A stretch of 64,000 nt of DNA. It comes from Paraphysomonas bandaiensis. Its lineage: Eukaryota > Protista > Chrysophyceae. Under the pieces are notes generated by a model. The model was not told the origin of the DNA and ran no database searches. It saw only the letters and a list, made by a program, of their open reading frames with translations. Both the position numbers and the translations under genes were made by a program. Numbering within the stretch: position 1 is the stretch's first letter; each line of letters opens with the position of its first letter. The stretch is taken from positions 1 through 64,000 of the forward strand of contig CBFFRP010000254.1 in assembly GCA_965644295.1 (NCBI GenBank), written 5' to 3'. Positions 25,401 to 37,794 of this stretch are shown here, one piece after another.

Positions 25401-26718
25401 ACCACGATATCCTGGTCGAACGATGGACAACAAAAGCCATCTACAGGCTTTGAGGCATCTATATGTTATTGCAACGGAGAAGAGATGCCTTCGTGCAGTT
25501 GACGTTGACACTGGAGAGAGCACACCTATTGATGTGGAGGTACCTACTTCTTGCTGTATATAAGTGTGTTCGGACATATATTTCTCACTGTTTAACCACC
25601 TGTAATGTAATTGATGTTGTTTCTATATTAGGTAACTCTTAGATCTGGAAACTCCATTGTTCTACGAATTCCTACTCTTCTCCCAGAGCTATCTTCAATT
25701 GTTTCAATTCGCTCTCTATCTTCCAACCACTTTCATGCATCTCTAGATTTTGAGAATATCTCAACCCAACGCGGGTTTGTTAGCAAAGACCTAGGCTCGT
25801 GCTGTTCTTGTAAAACATCTTTTGTACAACCTACTTCGGATCATTCTCCTACGGGTTCACTGGGCGAGAATGACAAAACAGATGACAGCGGGTCGCACAC
25901 AATTCTCTACATTAAAAAGCGAACGCCATGCTCGCTACAGCTGCAACTCAATAATAAATTCAATAGAAGAGAGAATCCAGGTATTTTTCAGGTTTTCGTA
26001 TTTTTGTTTTCTTATTATCTAACGGCAAATGTTTCGGTTTACAGTGAGTTATGAAGAGAAGTGGGCTTCTGTGGGGAAGTATGCGGAAGGTGAACCGGCG
26101 GGTTCTAGGTATATATGCTCCTCCTTAAGACACTTGAATAGCCAGCTGGCAGTGGACCCATCCACAAGTCGTATAGATTATCTAAGTCAGGTATTTGATG
26201 TGGCAGCTTCAACTGCTCTCTCTGCATCTTGCCCTCTTGGGCGTAAGTTAACTACTGAGTCAATGGAATTACATTACACGCTCACTCTCGCCGGTGTGTG
26301 GACTCTTGGGGCGGCCACTGAGCGTTTTTTATTACAAGTATGGGACAGGCATATGTCCGACACGAGATCATTGACCACGCGTCGCACGCTGGAAGGATTG
26401 GAGATCATGAGCTGCAAATACGCCGCGGATAGCAGTTTATGTCGCTCATGCGATATACCCTTATCTAAATCAGCAACTGACTCCCTCATGCGTTCATTCA
26501 TTGAGTATATCAACAATGGTAGGTGTGGAGCCGCGGACGCCCATATCGAACCGCTGTTAGCAGCCATGGCAGTGGGGTCTGGGATTCCAGCTACATGTCA
26601 TATTAGCTTTGAACAGGCAGCAGAGGCAATTTTGAAACGCCCCTCAATATCTGCCAGTTGTGAATCCCATGCAATCTTCGTATGTCTAGATATAGCGTCC
26701 CACGTAAACCCATTATAA
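19440..26718 (+). CDS. ANAPC1: Anaphase-promoting complex subunit 1, multi-exon
   Basis: WPEFHNGVAAGL, LLALGLLGHL, GSADPLLSKTLCLHLP, QTAALTGLGLLY, MVCAGSGDL..FGTHMGLAMSIG, DNKSHLQALRHLYV (PC repeats and C-terminal motifs). N- and C-terminal exon limits are less certain. Confidence 0.92.
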
Positions 26719-27097
26719 ACAAAAGTGGAAATAATCTATGTAATATGATTTTTACATGTGAGGCCAGTATAACATATTGAATTTTTACGTAGTTTCGTGG
26801 AATGTAAGTCTTCGCCCCACAATAATAAGTGTCTGGTAGACAGTACCAACCAGTTTAAAAATACAGCCTGTGCTTTTTTTATCGCATAGACAAGTAAGAA
26901 CACAGACAAGTTGGACATACTAAAAACATTTATAAAGGTCAGAAAATGAGGGCATTACCATTTCTTGTATCCAATACTGACGGAGTGAATGTCTGTTTAT
27001 ATAGCAATAGGCGTTCAGTAGTCAGATAATAATTCGATCCTTTACCGTCCAGTTTAGTGAGATAATTGTATTGACAAACATTATCCCATAATTGTGA

Positions 27098-27355
27098 GAA
27101 AGTCTTATTATCAGCAGTAGACGTCAAGAATCGGTACCAGATCAGTAGTAAGATTAAGACTAGTCAAGCTAAATCGACCTCTACCAGTAACTAACTAGTG
27201 TAAATTATCATACACTATTTAACGCTACAGATGCTGCTTGTGCGTCGCCGCAAGCACCAAGGTACAACCACTTCCGTTCTTGTGTGTGAGGGAGAGGCTT
27301 TCCGCGGACGTCAGTCCATTAGGGACAGAAAGTCCCATAATTGCACTTGCTTGAC
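27098..27355 (+). repeat. Copy B of the dispersed coding-like repeat family (5' portion)
   Basis: ACTATTTAACGCTACAGATGCTGCTTGTGCGTCGCCGCAAGCACCAAGG matches the reverse complement of ~17328-17376. The upstream GAAAGTCTTATTA and GACCTCTACC blocks are also shared. Confidence 0.85.
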
Positions 27356-27602
27356 ATGCTCCATTCCACTTGGAATTAGACTTCACGGCAGAATGTACCT
27401 AATATACGCACTCCAATTATACCTTACCAGTATCAAATGACGGTATTCTTTTTATCAATAAGTTGAAGCAAGCTGTAATCAATTATACTTGCAATAATGA
27501 TTCGTAGCCCCGATTTCAATTTCTCGCAGTTGCAATAGAACACTATTATTTACATCGACTCCATGTGTGACTACAGCTCTCTTTACATATACATCAATCT
27601 AT

Positions 27603-27989
27603 CTATCCCATAAAACTGACAACAACAAAAAACAATACTAAACAACAGAAAGAATACTCTATAAAGGCCCGCTGTGGGCTGATCTTGTGTCTTAATTCAT
27701 CAGATGTCAGTTGCAATCTGAGAGAGACACTTAACGCAAAGACACCAATCGAACATATGAATCCAGATAGAAAAGAATTAAATGGAAATGTTCCAACAAT
27801 AGAGATGTACATGACCTGCATTGATCGGGTGTTATGGACGAACAGGTGTGTCGTTATGTATGTATGTACCTGTATAGCAGATATGAGGAGAGTGAAGGCT
27901 ATCATCGCATCGATCAGAGTCAGCTTATTCGTTAATGAGGATCGGTAGTTTTGTAGTAATTTATTCGTTACTTCATGTAGGGTGTTCAT
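27603..27989 (-). CDS. DAD1: Oligosaccharyltransferase subunit DAD1/OST2
   Basis: LIDAMIAF..VGTFPFNSFLSGFICSIGVFALSVSLRLQ..ISPQRAFIEY..SFMG; one 54-nt in-frame intron at 27816-27869. Confidence 0.96.
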   Translation of the reverse strand: MNTLHEVTNKLLQNYRSSLTNKLTLIDAMIAFTLLISAIQVHTYITTHLFVHNTRSMQVMYISIVGTFPFNSFLSGFICSIGVFALSVSLRLQLTSDELRHKISPQRAFIEYSFCCLVLFFVVVSFMG

Positions 27990-28359
27990 TGTTTGTATAG
28001 TGTGGTTGAGAGGAGTGTGTGGTATGGTAGATGGAGAGCTAGGTGTTAATACTATAGTATGCATGGTATAGTGGAGGTGGAGGTGGAGGTCTCTCCATTG
28101 TATGTGTATGGGAGTATATGTACCTGTATACCAGTATATGTATATGGCACACAGACTGCTGCTGAGGGTGCTATAGAGTAGTACTGTAGAATACATGGAG
28201 GTATATATGATATACGGTATACTGTGCTCATGTACAGCTCTATATATGAACGACATCATCTGTGTACTACTGTGTATACTTGGAATGCACTGCTGTATCA
28301 TACAGAGAAGTGCTGCTGTGGTAAGAGTATCTTGTGTGGACATATCCTCAACACATGCC

Positions 28360-28815
28360 CATGTCCAACAATGTTGAACTTGCATCTTTTCATAGTGTTT
28401 AGTGGAGTTGTCTCTGGGAAACGAACATAATCTGCATTTGTAGATAGCAGATAATGTTCTGCCGACTCATAGCCTAAATGCATGTGAAGACACCTTTGGA
28501 TCTTGACGAGTAAACATGTCCGGAATGTCCTCCCCCCTGAGGGTATCTGGGGATTTAGAGCTGCCTACTGAAGTCAAGTATCTGGGATTAACTTTCCTTA
28601 AGGACTCAAAAATATTGAAGTCAGCAGGTCTCAGTTATATCAACTTACTGAGTTTGCTTTTAGTGATTCATAGCGAGGATAGTTGCACGCTGGTAACTGC
28701 GGCAACACACGAATAGTTCTCGTTGCGTTAAATGACAGAATATTAGCATTTCAAGTAGTATCTTCTTGTGTATATATCTACTGATAGTAATAAGGCATTC
28801 AATGAAGGATATATA
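28360..28815 (-). repeat. Copy C of the dispersed coding-like repeat family
   Basis: Shares TCTCTGGGAAAC, GCAGATA..TTCTGCC.ACTCATAGCC, TGACGA.TAAACA, GCTGCCT.CTGAAGTCAAG.ATC.GGGAT and GCGTTAAAT, in the same order as copy A. Confidence 0.85.
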
Positions 28816-29968
28816 GGTTTATTATATGCAGAGGTTATCATATCTACTGCAATTTCAAACCTAATTACGAATAATCATTATATTTTTAACAGCGACAAGT
28901 GTCACTGGTCACTACCCGCATACAGATAATATATATATGTAAAGTCTCTCGACTTATGTCTATATTAATATCAGGAATGACAGCCACATACTTATCGAAA
29001 ATTAAAGTAATGTAAAGTGATTATTGTGTTTGTATCAAAGCATAGTCAACTGTGGGAGAAGCTTGTTACAGGTATATCCAAGAATATTGTTGAAGAGTAA
29101 AGATGTTAAATCGCTGTCAAGACACGACTTTAAACTTGAAACCGTGATATCTGAAATTATAGATCTCTCAAATTATTACCTATTTTATAAATTGCTATTA
29201 ACAATTAAGGCAGAATTTATCACTCTATCACGATTATTTTACTTGTAATACAGCTATAGGGTCTTAACACTACATATATCTGTAGAATCCCAGTTTATAA
29301 TGATTTTGATAACCTCCACCCTCTGGTTATAAGCAATGTAAGATAGTTAAATGTGGAAACTATTATTCAGCCCTAATTAATTGGTTGGTTAAATCCCTAG
29401 TCACACTAATTGTAAATACCTAGTCAAAGTAATGATTCAAAGTAGTTAATTTTGATCCAAAATTACTCGTTCTTATATCCATTGATCACACTTTGTGACC
29501 ATCTAAAATTCTATTCATCTACAGCGAAAATAGTTGCACTTTGGTGCTAGTTACTCCAAAGCGTTTTCATGTGCACTATTCTCATAGTAAAAATGTATCG
29601 AAAATTGTACCATCGATACAATGTAATTGTAAACTAACGAACGTATTATATACTAAAAGTTGAATGTTTTGCGCGTATGCAGCTGTATGCATTTTAGTGT
29701 GTTACAGTTCCGTATCCTCCGCATAGATGAACTCTTCACAATTCATAATACGTTGTGTTACTAGCATATAATAGTAAAAAAACAATAAATTAATAAATTA
29801 CACGACACAATAAAGTAAAATCAATGAAAAAGTCGCTAAAATTAATTGGAGAACCTTCAATAGGTATAGAAATATAATCAATATGACTCTGATTTCTCAA
29901 ATGACAACAGCTTCAAAAATATGTTGAAAGAGGAGACTATAAAAGCAAAAGAAATTTACCGACATATA

Positions 29969-31171
29969 TTATTCGACGAGAATCTAACCAGATGTTATAG
30001 AGCACAGCATAAAATGATCCATTTCATACCTGCAATGGAGGAACACCTTCAAAACAAGTAGATTCATGCAACGCGTTCACCGCCGATTCCAGCATGGAGG
30101 GAGTTGTGCACAGCTCAACAGTTGCCCTTCCAGTACACATGTACCCTTCATCCCCAAACGCCATGTCCATCGCAACGGCGAGAACAAACCCATAATTTAA
30201 AAACAAATTATAAATATGGCCTACGCTGGCATATGTAGGAACATTAAAAAGACGAAGTATGTATTTATAATTGGTTCCGTAGTGATGCGCAATCGGTGTG
30301 GGGTGTGGAAAATATGAGGATAGCCCGCTACCACTCCCCGGAAACACAGCACGCCCTTGTGATACAAGTGGCGACGCAAGAGCTAAATGTTGTCGTGGAG
30401 AGTGTCCAGTTACCGAAGGCGTAGAAATGCTGTGGCCATCAGTCGAATCTTCACTATTCCTTGTCCGCAACTTCAACCCAAATTTCTTAAGCTCAAAATG
30501 ATTTGGGTCTGCATGCTCTACAGATATAGATGTGGCTGCATCATCAGGCACAATGCCATCAACAGCGGTAAGAGCTACCGTAAAAGTTAGATCAATGCGA
30601 TAGAAAGTACCGAGTCCATATACCTTCTTCACATTCCTCCTGGTTACTGTATACGATAAATGCAGTGCATCTACTCTCCCCCGTCTCGTTATTCTTTAAT
30701 AGGCGATGCTCTACTACGTCACCGTACTAGAATATGTTAATTCAGAAAAAACGCGATACATCTCTATACCACACCTTGGAAAATAGCTCAAAAACATCAG
30801 CCTCTGTGAAGGTTGGCGGTAAGTCTTTGACATACAACTTGCAGTTCCCTGACTCTTGCGAACGAGGTGGGCGTGCAATTCCAACTTTTAATCTCTTGTT
30901 TCCAATATGCATACCATTCTTAGAGGCTATAGCCCTGGCAGCATCTTCCTCGTTTGCAAACAAAACAAACCCATAACATGAACTTCTTCCTGTCGTTCTA
31001 TCTCTCACAACCTTTGCTCGTACAATTATTCCTTCATCTGCAAATATTTCCTGATATATATTCTAATAAATGATATGACTCTATGTGTATGTATGTATAT
31101 ACCTCTAGATCATCATCGTCTAGTTCAGGGGGTAAGTAATTCACAATAAGATTACATTTAGATGCTTCCAT
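29969..31171 (-). CDS. ELAV/Hu/Sex-lethal-like three-RRM RNA-binding protein, multi-exon
   Basis: CNLIVNYLP..SCYGFVLF (RRM1), KLYVKDLP..SRCTAFIVY (RRM2), LRLFNVP..FLNYGFV..GRATV (RRM3). The last exon is uncertain. Confidence 0.85.
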
Positions 31172-31866
31172 TGTCTCGATGTTATTGTCACAGGCATTCC
31201 ATGAATATTATGAGAGGTGTCTGTGTATTAGTATAATTATAGATGGGTCTCAGATGGTATAGAAGTGTATGAAATGTGTGAACTATTCTCACATATGTCT
31301 ATATATTCGTCATTGATTCAATAGGCAATGCACGAGGATATAGCTGACTATGCCATTGTCGCATGTTGTAAGGATGTACTACGTTGTTAACAGCACCACA
31401 ATCCTAGATTACACTAAAGTCTAGAAGGAAATCTATATTTTCCTATAAAATGGGACTTTTTTAAGAAAAGGGGCAAAATGCTACTTTTCCTATACTACGT
31501 AGTAGATACCATTTTCTCCCGTTTTATGGCAACCACTGGATAATAACTGGCGAGGGTAAAGAGAGGGTGGGGAACTACTTACGTATTTTTATGTATTCCG
31601 TACGTATAAGATGTGGGAACAACATATAGTGTGAATAATCAAATCAAAATGCTTTATTATAACTACTGTATTATTGATTGGTTAATTAAAGAAGTGAGAA
31701 ATGAAGAACAGTGCCACGTTCGAATCAATGTAGACATCAACACGTACACATCCTCAGCTCAGTATTACTACCACTCTACTCATACGGACTATTAACACAC
31801 GTGCTACTGCTACTGCTACTAGAGGCATTAACCCCCCCAAGATAGCATTATAGAAGAAAATATTAC

Positions 31867-33069
31867 ATGATGAGTTTGAATGAATCCACTAAATCCAATC
31901 CTGATACACAAGAAGTGAGATTATTGGATGCATCTCATTTAGATGAGAAGACATCCTCTACATCATCTACAGCCCCTATACACTCCACAGACAACCCTCC
32001 TGTCCCTCCCTATGCATCATCATCTACATCCACTACAGGGGCACCCATTACACCTCCTCATACACCCACATGGCCCACACTGAAGTCCACACATCTCGTA
32101 TTCTTCAAGATAGCGGACTATATCGACCTCACGTTAGATAATGGGGTGAAACGGAATGTGTTTTTTATATTCAGAAGTTTTGAAGCCTTTTCGGACTTCA
32201 TACTTGCGTGTGTTATATTAGTCGCTCAAGTTATGGTATTATCTGCATTAGTCAGTGAGGCTACTCGCGCTTGTGTGGATGATAACCAGCCGAGGTATAT
32301 ATGGATGGGTGTTATTCTGTGTGCGCTTCATACTGCGAACTCGCTTACATCATCATTTCTGAAGGCACTTCCCTACGAAGTGTTTGGTACAACACCAGGC
32401 GGAGCCGAACGACTTATTCGTCAAGTTAATGAGAGCAAGATCGAGAAGAAAGATCTGTTCAGTGGAGAACTCTATAGCGATGCTCCAGAGGAAAATTCAG
32501 CAGATTCGTCTGCATCTGCTGATAAAGCCCATACGCAGCCTTCTTCTGCCGATTTAGAGGCTGCATTTCAGTCGTCAAGTACAGAAGAGAGGAAAAGTAA
32601 TGCTGCTTGGCTGATGACCCAAGCTAAAGTCTACTCAACTGCTGCTGTTTCGACTGTGTATCTCTACGGGGTAGCTGCGGTGCTCCAACTGAATAATTTT
32701 CTACTTCTATTAGCATTTGGAGCCATATTAGGAACATCAACGAATTTCACTGATCTTGTCACACACTTTATATCAATTGAAACCATTACACATGTACATG
32801 AGCTAGTACCCAGAGCTCTAAATCTAAAGGATCGAAGTCCACACTCTTACAACAAGTCTGGCGTGGAGCTGGAGGCGGAGCTGGAAGCTTCTGGCCGATT
32901 ACCGTATGGCCAAATAGTCCCCCCCGGACCTAACGGTAAGGGCGGTGTTTATCGACGGTCTGCCAGAATGCTCAAAAACACGATATTTTGGTCTTTTTTT
33001 CTTATAGTATTTGTTCTATTTGCAAGTGTTTCCGAGTCTTGTCGAGCTCACAGAGAGGTATACGGATAG
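31867..33069 (+). CDS. Uncharacterised multi-pass membrane protein
   Basis: 400-aa single ORF with an S/T/P-rich N-terminus and several hydrophobic segments. Confidence 0.75.
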   Translation: MMSLNESTKSNPDTQEVRLLDASHLDEKTSSTSSTAPIHSTDNPPVPPYASSSTSTTGAPITPPHTPTWPTLKSTHLVFFKIADYIDLTLDNGVKRNVFFIFRSFEAFSDFILACVILVAQVMVLSALVSEATRACVDDNQPRYIWMGVILCALHTANSLTSSFLKALPYEVFGTTPGGAERLIRQVNESKIEKKDLFSGELYSDAPEENSADSSASADKAHTQPSSADLEAAFQSSSTEERKSNAAWLMTQAKVYSTAAVSTVYLYGVAAVLQLNNFLLLLAFGAILGTSTNFTDLVTHFISIETITHVHELVPRALNLKDRSPHSYNKSGVELEAELEASGRLPYGQIVPPGPNGKGGVYRRSARMLKNTIFWSFFLIVFVLFASVSESCRAHREVYG

Positions 33070-34164
33070 GGGTGTTTCAACTTTGTTGAGTTTTGCTTGT
33101 CTGCAAGCTATTAAAAGTTGTGTTTTAAGGTAATTGAATTAAAACCATTACTTCCAGATGTAGCAGTTCTTGTGAGCAGTATCACGTGAATTCGTGATAT
33201 GATATGAACTGTGCTAATGAAATTGAACTATATATTGACTGTATAAAATTCTAACTATATCAGTTTTGACTGCTAGCAGCGACGATGTTGATCACAATCT
33301 TAGAAATGGTGTGTACGTTCTGTTCAATTGATATTAAACCATTCTACGAATTGTCAATTTCGGATAAGGTTAGTGTTTTAAAAATTAATTAAAAGAGCAA
33401 CGTAGCAAAGCAAGTATTAGGCAATTTCGATAGGTATACTGAACAAAGTATAGATGTTACCGTGGCTAAACGTTTCTGTAACACTGTATTGACCATGTAT
33501 AATATACATCTACTTATGAAAAAGCAGAAATTTCTCCCTTACTACTACGTATCTAATCAATCTGCTACCAGAAATAAAAGTCAGACGATGGTCCTCTCTA
33601 TATTAGAGGTGCTGCTCAAGTGACTGCGTTTAAAAGATCCTGAATCAATAGAGGACTTGGTAACCATAAACATATGGGATGATATTCGACAATAATTTTG
33701 CAGTATATTGTTCCTTTGCCTTGATATATATATTAGATTGTAGTACTTACATAGCTATGATTGTAGTCACAAGTACATAAGTACTATTATACTGCAAAAT
33801 TGATACTCATTTCATTTTTCTACTCGTAATATAGCATCTCCTATCATTTTCTCTTTTAGATATTGATTGAATATCTTTATGAATGTATAAACAAACCATG
33901 ATCGAAAACACACACATTATTTGCAAAAGGAAGTAATCTATACTGTAATACTTTCTCGTTATATACATGCACCGATGACCTGTGAAGTTTATATGCTAGC
34001 TAATATTTCATTGTACTGGGCAAGGATCTTTTACTGCTGTACAAATGCGATGCAATATTCGCTGCTGGGACAAGTACAAAAATTTGATATAGATATTAAT
34101 GGAAGCAATGTTGAATCGAATAATCTAGAACTGAAAACAATTAATTATTACAACTCTATCGATA

Positions 34165-37100
34165 TTAATTCCACCCAACGTTGGAAGTTTTAAACTTTTG
34201 CTTCAATTCGTTGAGATAAGATTTATTATCGCCTGAGATTTGCAGTAAGATAGAGGCAATGTCGTTGGACTTCTTTTCATCGCCGTTGACTAAACAAAAC
34301 TCAAGCATTCTATCAAGGGCTTCCGATGACGGATATACACCACCGTACTCTTCTATTAATTGAGACATGCTCCGCCTATCAGAGGTATCGTCAAACTGTG
34401 CCCATAATTCTAATAAATCGTCCATCATAGTTTGTCCGATAGCCACGCCTTTACGATTCATACTTTTGAACAAACGCTCTACAGAATTTATGCATTTCAG
34501 CTCATGGCAGTAGTGATTATGAAGAGGAACAAAAAGTGAACAAGAAGGTGCTAAGTTGTACTCATCAATAAGGCTATGTAACTGTGACTCCGCAAGCTGA
34601 TGTAGATTTCCAATGTAGAGAATACTGACCAACTGTTCCACCATATTAACAGATACAGCTAAATTCTCATTTTCACAACAAAATTGCATGAATGCTTTTG
34701 CATTGAAATATTCCTGTCTTGTAGATTCAGAGTCCACTTTACCATATCTATTTGCTCGTTTCGTGTTTATTTTAGCAGGATAAGAAAACAAGGTCAATAG
34801 TTTACATATCATCGCTTCATCGACCTTTACACCGTCACGCCTCATTGTTGGATATAATAGTCTCGCGATTAGTTCAGCTTGCATAGATATATATGACTGT
34901 AATGGGTCGCGATGTTCAACACAACGTGATATCGCGTCAATAATTCCACGGTATGCTTTCGACGGTAATGTGGTACCACATAAATGTAGAAATTTCATGG
35001 TACGTAAACACTCAGAACCATTCCGCAGTTGTATATTGGCATTCAAAACAGCCATAGCAAGATCAGTGTTTGCAGTCTGGTTACTTCTTTCGTCAACGGA
35101 CTCGCCATGTGTAATGCCTTTGGATAAAATGATCTTATCGAGTAAAGAATCGTCAACAACTTCACCACGGCGAAGAACATCGCGGTAATGAAGTTCTTCT
35201 CGTGAATAGGGCATACTCACTTCAGAACGACATTCAGACATTACCTGCTCGAGAATAATTCTCTTGTTGTCCCTTGATGGTAATAACAAGGCACACGTCA
35301 AGAGCATATTCCATGTCCTAGGCAGAATAACGCCATCTTTTGACACATCCAATAGCCAATGCGTTGCAAAATGGAACGAAGATAAGCTCCTATAACTCAA
35401 TAAGTGACACATCACAGCATGATTCAAAATTCCGTCGGAGGCATGGCACCCATATGAAAGTGCATAATCTCTGATACGCATGACTTGTGGAAGTGATTTA
35501 CACCATCCCATTCTTTCATCGGTTTCATCATCGATTAAAGGAAGTGCAAGTATCCAATTACTAAAAAACTGCGAATTCAGTTCAATACCACATTTCTCAC
35601 TCAGCGCTATCGTTTCCTTCAAGTGCAACCCAATATCAGAGTACAGTTTCAATGCATTCTCTTCAGGCAGATGAGTTTTATATACCGGATTATCTTCTCC
35701 ATTCTCTCGCCGAATTATGTCGCTGACATACTTTGGCGAGCTACTAAGCAACATACCATTAAAGTGGGCACGTGATGCTCTGTAAAATGGATGGTGGCGT
35801 TTTATTTTGGAGTTCTCATTAGGACAAAATTCTGCAGATGCCCTTGTGAGTAGAGACGACGTAATAGTACTCGAATTCGGACTAACACTGTCGTCAAAAC
35901 TAGATTCCGGAATGATACTTTCTTTACTGCGTCCACCTTTGCTACATTTCTTGTGAGAGTGGGACTGCAAAAAGAGAGAGAGATAACTCATCAATGTACC
36001 AACCCCGTCTCTTTTAGTGATTTCCCTAAGCAACATCATCAATGTTACTCGAGTGCTCTCCATTCTAACATTCATTCCGTAATTGGCACCAATATCTGCT
36101 CCGCCGTGTGGAGGGCTGTGAAGTAGCATCCCTCGGTGTATTTCAGAGAGCAACTTAATGTATCCACGATTCATACCCATCTTGGAGGCAGTATCAAACA
36201 ACTTCGAAGAGCAGTTTAATTCTCTATCAATAATTCTGTTGATACCGCTTTCAAATGAGGACATTGCCGAATTAGGGTCTCGTAAATAGCTGACCACATC
36301 ACCAGAATCACACGCACCACTCTCAGAGTCTTCTCTACCAGTAGTCTTTTTCATAGATAAACGACGCATAGATAGCTCAGTAAAAGTCTCTTTGGCTTTG
36401 CTATATGTGTCCTCTTGATTGTGATGTCCTTTTCGATCCATTGACTGGTACTCGGACTTTAACAACATGTATTGAACATTCATAAGCTGTAGAACATCAC
36501 TGCCACAACGAGGAACATTCTGAAGTGATTCGTCATAGAGTGACGTAAGACTAGACAGTGTAGGGGAAATTTTTGAGTGCATTTCCGCGGTGATTGAATC
36601 TATATCACATGTACCAAGTGTCTTCATATAACAATTACGCATGCTTACTAAAAAATGATTGTAGTAGTTGAAGTTTTGATTCCAAACATTTAACTTCATC
36701 ACTTCATGCATTTCATTTAATACAGCAAAATCGGAAGCACGATCCCCAGAAAAGGATTTTCTGATAATGTTTTCTGTGTACTTTCTCTGCAATCCAGACT
36801 TCTTACCAAATGCTGCCCATAATTCTAGCGCCTTATCAGAATGTCCATGTCTGGTAAATTTTGCAAGGGCAAAAGATAGCAACTCCTCTTGTGGTGATAT
36901 TTCCATATGAAGATATTTTTTTTCATGAACCCCTTTTGATACAGTACCATCTGATATGTTATGTAAGGACATCTGAAGTAGTGATTGAACTGTGATGATA
37001 TCCCCTCTAACAGCACTAACATCAATTGAACATCTGTAGTATTCCATCGGTATTCTTACACCTAAATTATGAAAACTTGTTAATAATGATAATATTTCAG

Positions 37101-37254
37101 TTCCACTAGTAGCTAAACGATTCGAGATAACCATATCTAACTCATCGATTATCTTTTCAGTTCTATGCAGTGGATTAAAAGACATACTGAATGAATGTCT
37201 TATTTTATGCAACTGTTGTGCAGTACGTATGCGATGGATCGATGTACGTATCAT
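34165..37254 (-). CDS. Large helical-repeat (PPR-like) protein, probably organelle-targeted
   Basis: 1029-aa intronless ORF with an Arg/Ser/His-rich presequence-like start and degenerate PPR-like repeats (PRTWNMLL, MRRDGVKVDEAMICKLL, MNRKGVAIGQTMMDDLL). Confidence 0.6.
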   Translation of the reverse strand: MIRTSIHRIRTAQQLHKIRHSFSMSFNPLHRTEKIIDELDMVISNRLATSGTEILSLLTSFHNLGVRIPMEYYRCSIDVSAVRGDIITVQSLLQMSLHNISDGTVSKGVHEKKYLHMEISPQEELLSFALAKFTRHGHSDKALELWAAFGKKSGLQRKYTENIIRKSFSGDRASDFAVLNEMHEVMKLNVWNQNFNYYNHFLVSMRNCYMKTLGTCDIDSITAEMHSKISPTLSSLTSLYDESLQNVPRCGSDVLQLMNVQYMLLKSEYQSMDRKGHHNQEDTYSKAKETFTELSMRRLSMKKTTGREDSESGACDSGDVVSYLRDPNSAMSSFESGINRIIDRELNCSSKLFDTASKMGMNRGYIKLLSEIHRGMLLHSPPHGGADIGANYGMNVRMESTRVTLMMLLREITKRDGVGTLMSYLSLFLQSHSHKKCSKGGRSKESIIPESSFDDSVSPNSSTITSSLLTRASAEFCPNENSKIKRHHPFYRASRAHFNGMLLSSSPKYVSDIIRRENGEDNPVYKTHLPEENALKLYSDIGLHLKETIALSEKCGIELNSQFFSNWILALPLIDDETDERMGWCKSLPQVMRIRDYALSYGCHASDGILNHAVMCHLLSYRSLSSFHFATHWLLDVSKDGVILPRTWNMLLTCALLLPSRDNKRIILEQVMSECRSEVSMPYSREELHYRDVLRRGEVVDDSLLDKIILSKGITHGESVDERSNQTANTDLAMAVLNANIQLRNGSECLRTMKFLHLCGTTLPSKAYRGIIDAISRCVEHRDPLQSYISMQAELIARLLYPTMRRDGVKVDEAMICKLLTLFSYPAKINTKRANRYGKVDSESTRQEYFNAKAFMQFCCENENLAVSVNMVEQLVSILYIGNLHQLAESQLHSLIDEYNLAPSCSLFVPLHNHYCHELKCINSVERLFKSMNRKGVAIGQTMMDDLLELWAQFDDTSDRRSMSQLIEEYGGVYPSSEALDRMLEFCLVNGDEKKSNDIASILLQISGDNKSYLNELKQKFKTSNVGWN

Positions 37255-37794
37255 CTTTGATCCTATTAAACACGGTGTTTAATTGCCTTTAATGTCAGGC
37301 TATTATATTATGGTATGTATATGTGTGGTATGTATGTACGACTCGCTGTATGCATATGTAACCATACACCACACCTGTATGTATATGTACAGCAGTATAT
37401 AGATGGTGGGGTGTTGCATTCATGTTTTACGCATTTTGTGTGTATATACTCTGGCTGTATACGGCATAGTCAAAAACCATATCCTGCTGCTGTATACACA
37501 AGCAATAAATGCAAGTAAAAAAACCCTTTTTCCAGGTAAAGTCGTCTAAAAATATGTGGAATTTATATGTGTGTGACAATATACAGTATATAGGCACGAA
37601 AAAGTGGGTTATTATCAGTCAATGTATGATAAAAGTCCTCCTATTGCCATGCATGTACTGCAGTGTAGTGTATAGCTATCTCATACACTCCATGCATGCA
37701 TATATATGTCACAATACTCTGCTTAGACTATACATAAAGTAATCATTCACTTTATATCCCCACAAACCCTTTCTTCTGTATATTTCACGATATC

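Noticed and set aside
27990-28385. N-terminal extension of DAD1 in the 260-aa ORF
   Set aside because: Low-complexity upstream sequence; homology starts at the Met at 27989.
28516-28716. LINE reverse transcriptase KYLG motif, and a PP2C-like LHAGNCGNTR in another + frame
   Set aside because: These lie antisense to the better supported frame. Copy A reads KHPG there, and the + frame has stops in copies A and C, including a shared TAG.
30660-30730. Possible in-frame stop or recoding in RRM2 of the ELAV-like gene
   Set aside because: The exon is open (YGDVVEHRLLKNNETGESRCTAF); it is only too short for the ORF track.
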